A DNA stretch of 63,516 nucleotides, filler included, from Octopus bimaculoides (lineage: Eukaryota), in the NCBI RefSeq assembly GCF_001194135.2. It is 4 parts of 3 records of this genome, joined end to end, with 100 filler letters (N's around TTAATTAATTAA, not from the genome) between each part and the next. Parts side by side here need not be neighbours in the genome. Positions count along the whole stretch, not along the records: positions 62,397 to 63,516 come from NC_068982.1; 3 more parts are not named here. One strand, written 5' to 3'. The stretch's first letter is position 1. Every line of letters starts with the position of its first letter. A model generated the notes under the pieces. That model made no database searches. It was given only the letters and a program-made list of their open reading frames with translations, and was not told the origin of the DNA. Both the position numbers and the translations under genes were made by a program. Positions 62,397 through 63,516 of the stretch are shown one piece after another.

Positions 62397-63516
62397 CAGA
62401 GCGACCATTCGGTCTTTGGTGGACCAGAACGACTGCGAGATTTCGGAACCGAAGCAGATGTGTGCAGCCTTTCAGCAGCACTTTGCTCAGTTGTTCGGGA
62501 CGACGGTAGGACGGACGACGGAACAGACTTCGGTGTGTACCTAGACGGCCTGCGGCAACTCTCGACCAGCGAAGACGAGTGCTGCGAAGGACCCATATCT
62601 GCCTGGGAAGTACAGGAAACGATGAAAAGCTGCACGAGAGGTAGATCGCCGAGTTTGGATGGTCTGCCTTACGAGCTTTATACGACAATGCCAGACTTGT
62701 TTGCGGGCGTCTTGGCAAACGTCTACTGCAACAAAACGGGAAAATTCCTGCTTTTGTTTGTCGAGGAGTGGTGGCTTTGCTAAGAAAGGACCCAAACAAG
62801 GGGGACATTATAGGGAACTTTAGGCCCATCACTCTGCTCAATGCAGAGTTGAAGATTTTGGCCAAGGTGCTAGCCAAGAGATTGGCGCTTGTCGTGGGCA
62901 AACTGATCGGCAAAGCGCAGACATGCGCCGTGCCGACCAGGTCTATCCACGACAACCTCCATCTCATGCCCTACATCGTAGAGAGGGTGGGTAACGAACC
63001 TGGCGCGGGTGGCGCTTTGATCAATTTAGATCAGTCTAAAGCCTTCGATAGGGTCGACCGTCGACACCTGGCAGATGTTCGCAAGGCAGCTGGCTTCGGT
63101 CCGGTCTCCCGCGGGTGGATAGCTGCTTTATACAGCGGCATCTGCTCGGTCATACGGGTGAACGGCCATCTATCGGAACCATTCAACATCTCGCGTTCTG
63201 TTCGCCAAGGATATCCTCACTCCTCCCTTCTGAATGTATTGACTCTGGAGCCATTACTGCGTAAGTTGGAGGCTTTGAGGGGTGTCCCGCGCGATCTGAG
63301 ATGTGGGAGGAGCGTGTCTGCCTATGCCGACGACGTCACCACGATGGTGTCGAGCCACAGGCATATTGACCTGTTTGGCGAGACACTAAACGAGTATGAA
63401 GCGGTGACAGGTGCGAAAATTAACGCGGAAAAGTCAATGGGCTTGCAACTAGGCACCTGGAGGGGCAAGTCCATGCCGTCCAACAGCGTCGTAGGGCGCT
63501 GGACAGACGGACCCGT
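62397..63516 (+). mobile_element. Tx1/L1-clade LINE ORF2, reverse transcriptase domain (frameshifted, runs off the window)
   Basis: DGLPYELY, RPITLLNAELKILAKVLAKRL, LDQSKAFDRV, SVRQG, AYADD (TATGCCGACGAC at 63323-63334), GAKINAEKS; open from about 62815 to the window end. Confidence 0.92.

Overview
This is repeat-dense, AT-rich animal genomic DNA. The tRNA-derived SINE families, the (TA)/(CA)/(TATG)/(TAA) microsatellites and the Dong/R4, RTE and Tx1 LINEs point to a coleoid cephalopod, probably Octopus (inference). Three identical artificial spacers (N44-TTAATTAATTAA-N44) show that the window is four concatenated scaffolds: 1-27182, 27283-57735, 57836-62296 and 62397-63516. Almost all ORFs in the track are microsatellite, N-gap or SINE read-throughs. 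The only convincing host gene is the last two coding exons (57996-58095, 59316-59371, +) of an MFS transporter resembling the oxalate:formate antiporter (OFA) family. The rest is mobile-element debris: Tx1/L1, two R4/Dong lineages, RTE, CR1/L2-like, hAT, mariner, a Helentron-like element and several SINE families. The most notable signal is a composite element of tRNA-like head, (TAA)n and a Penelope-type tail carrying a complete minimal type I hammerhead ribozyme (3648-3693). It has a second, decayed copy at about 25570-25840, and unrelated hammerhead-like relics occur elsewhere. Several long hairpins/foldbacks and an RFX X-box-like cluster also deserve checking. All protein-family calls are from motif recognition by eye; no database search was run.
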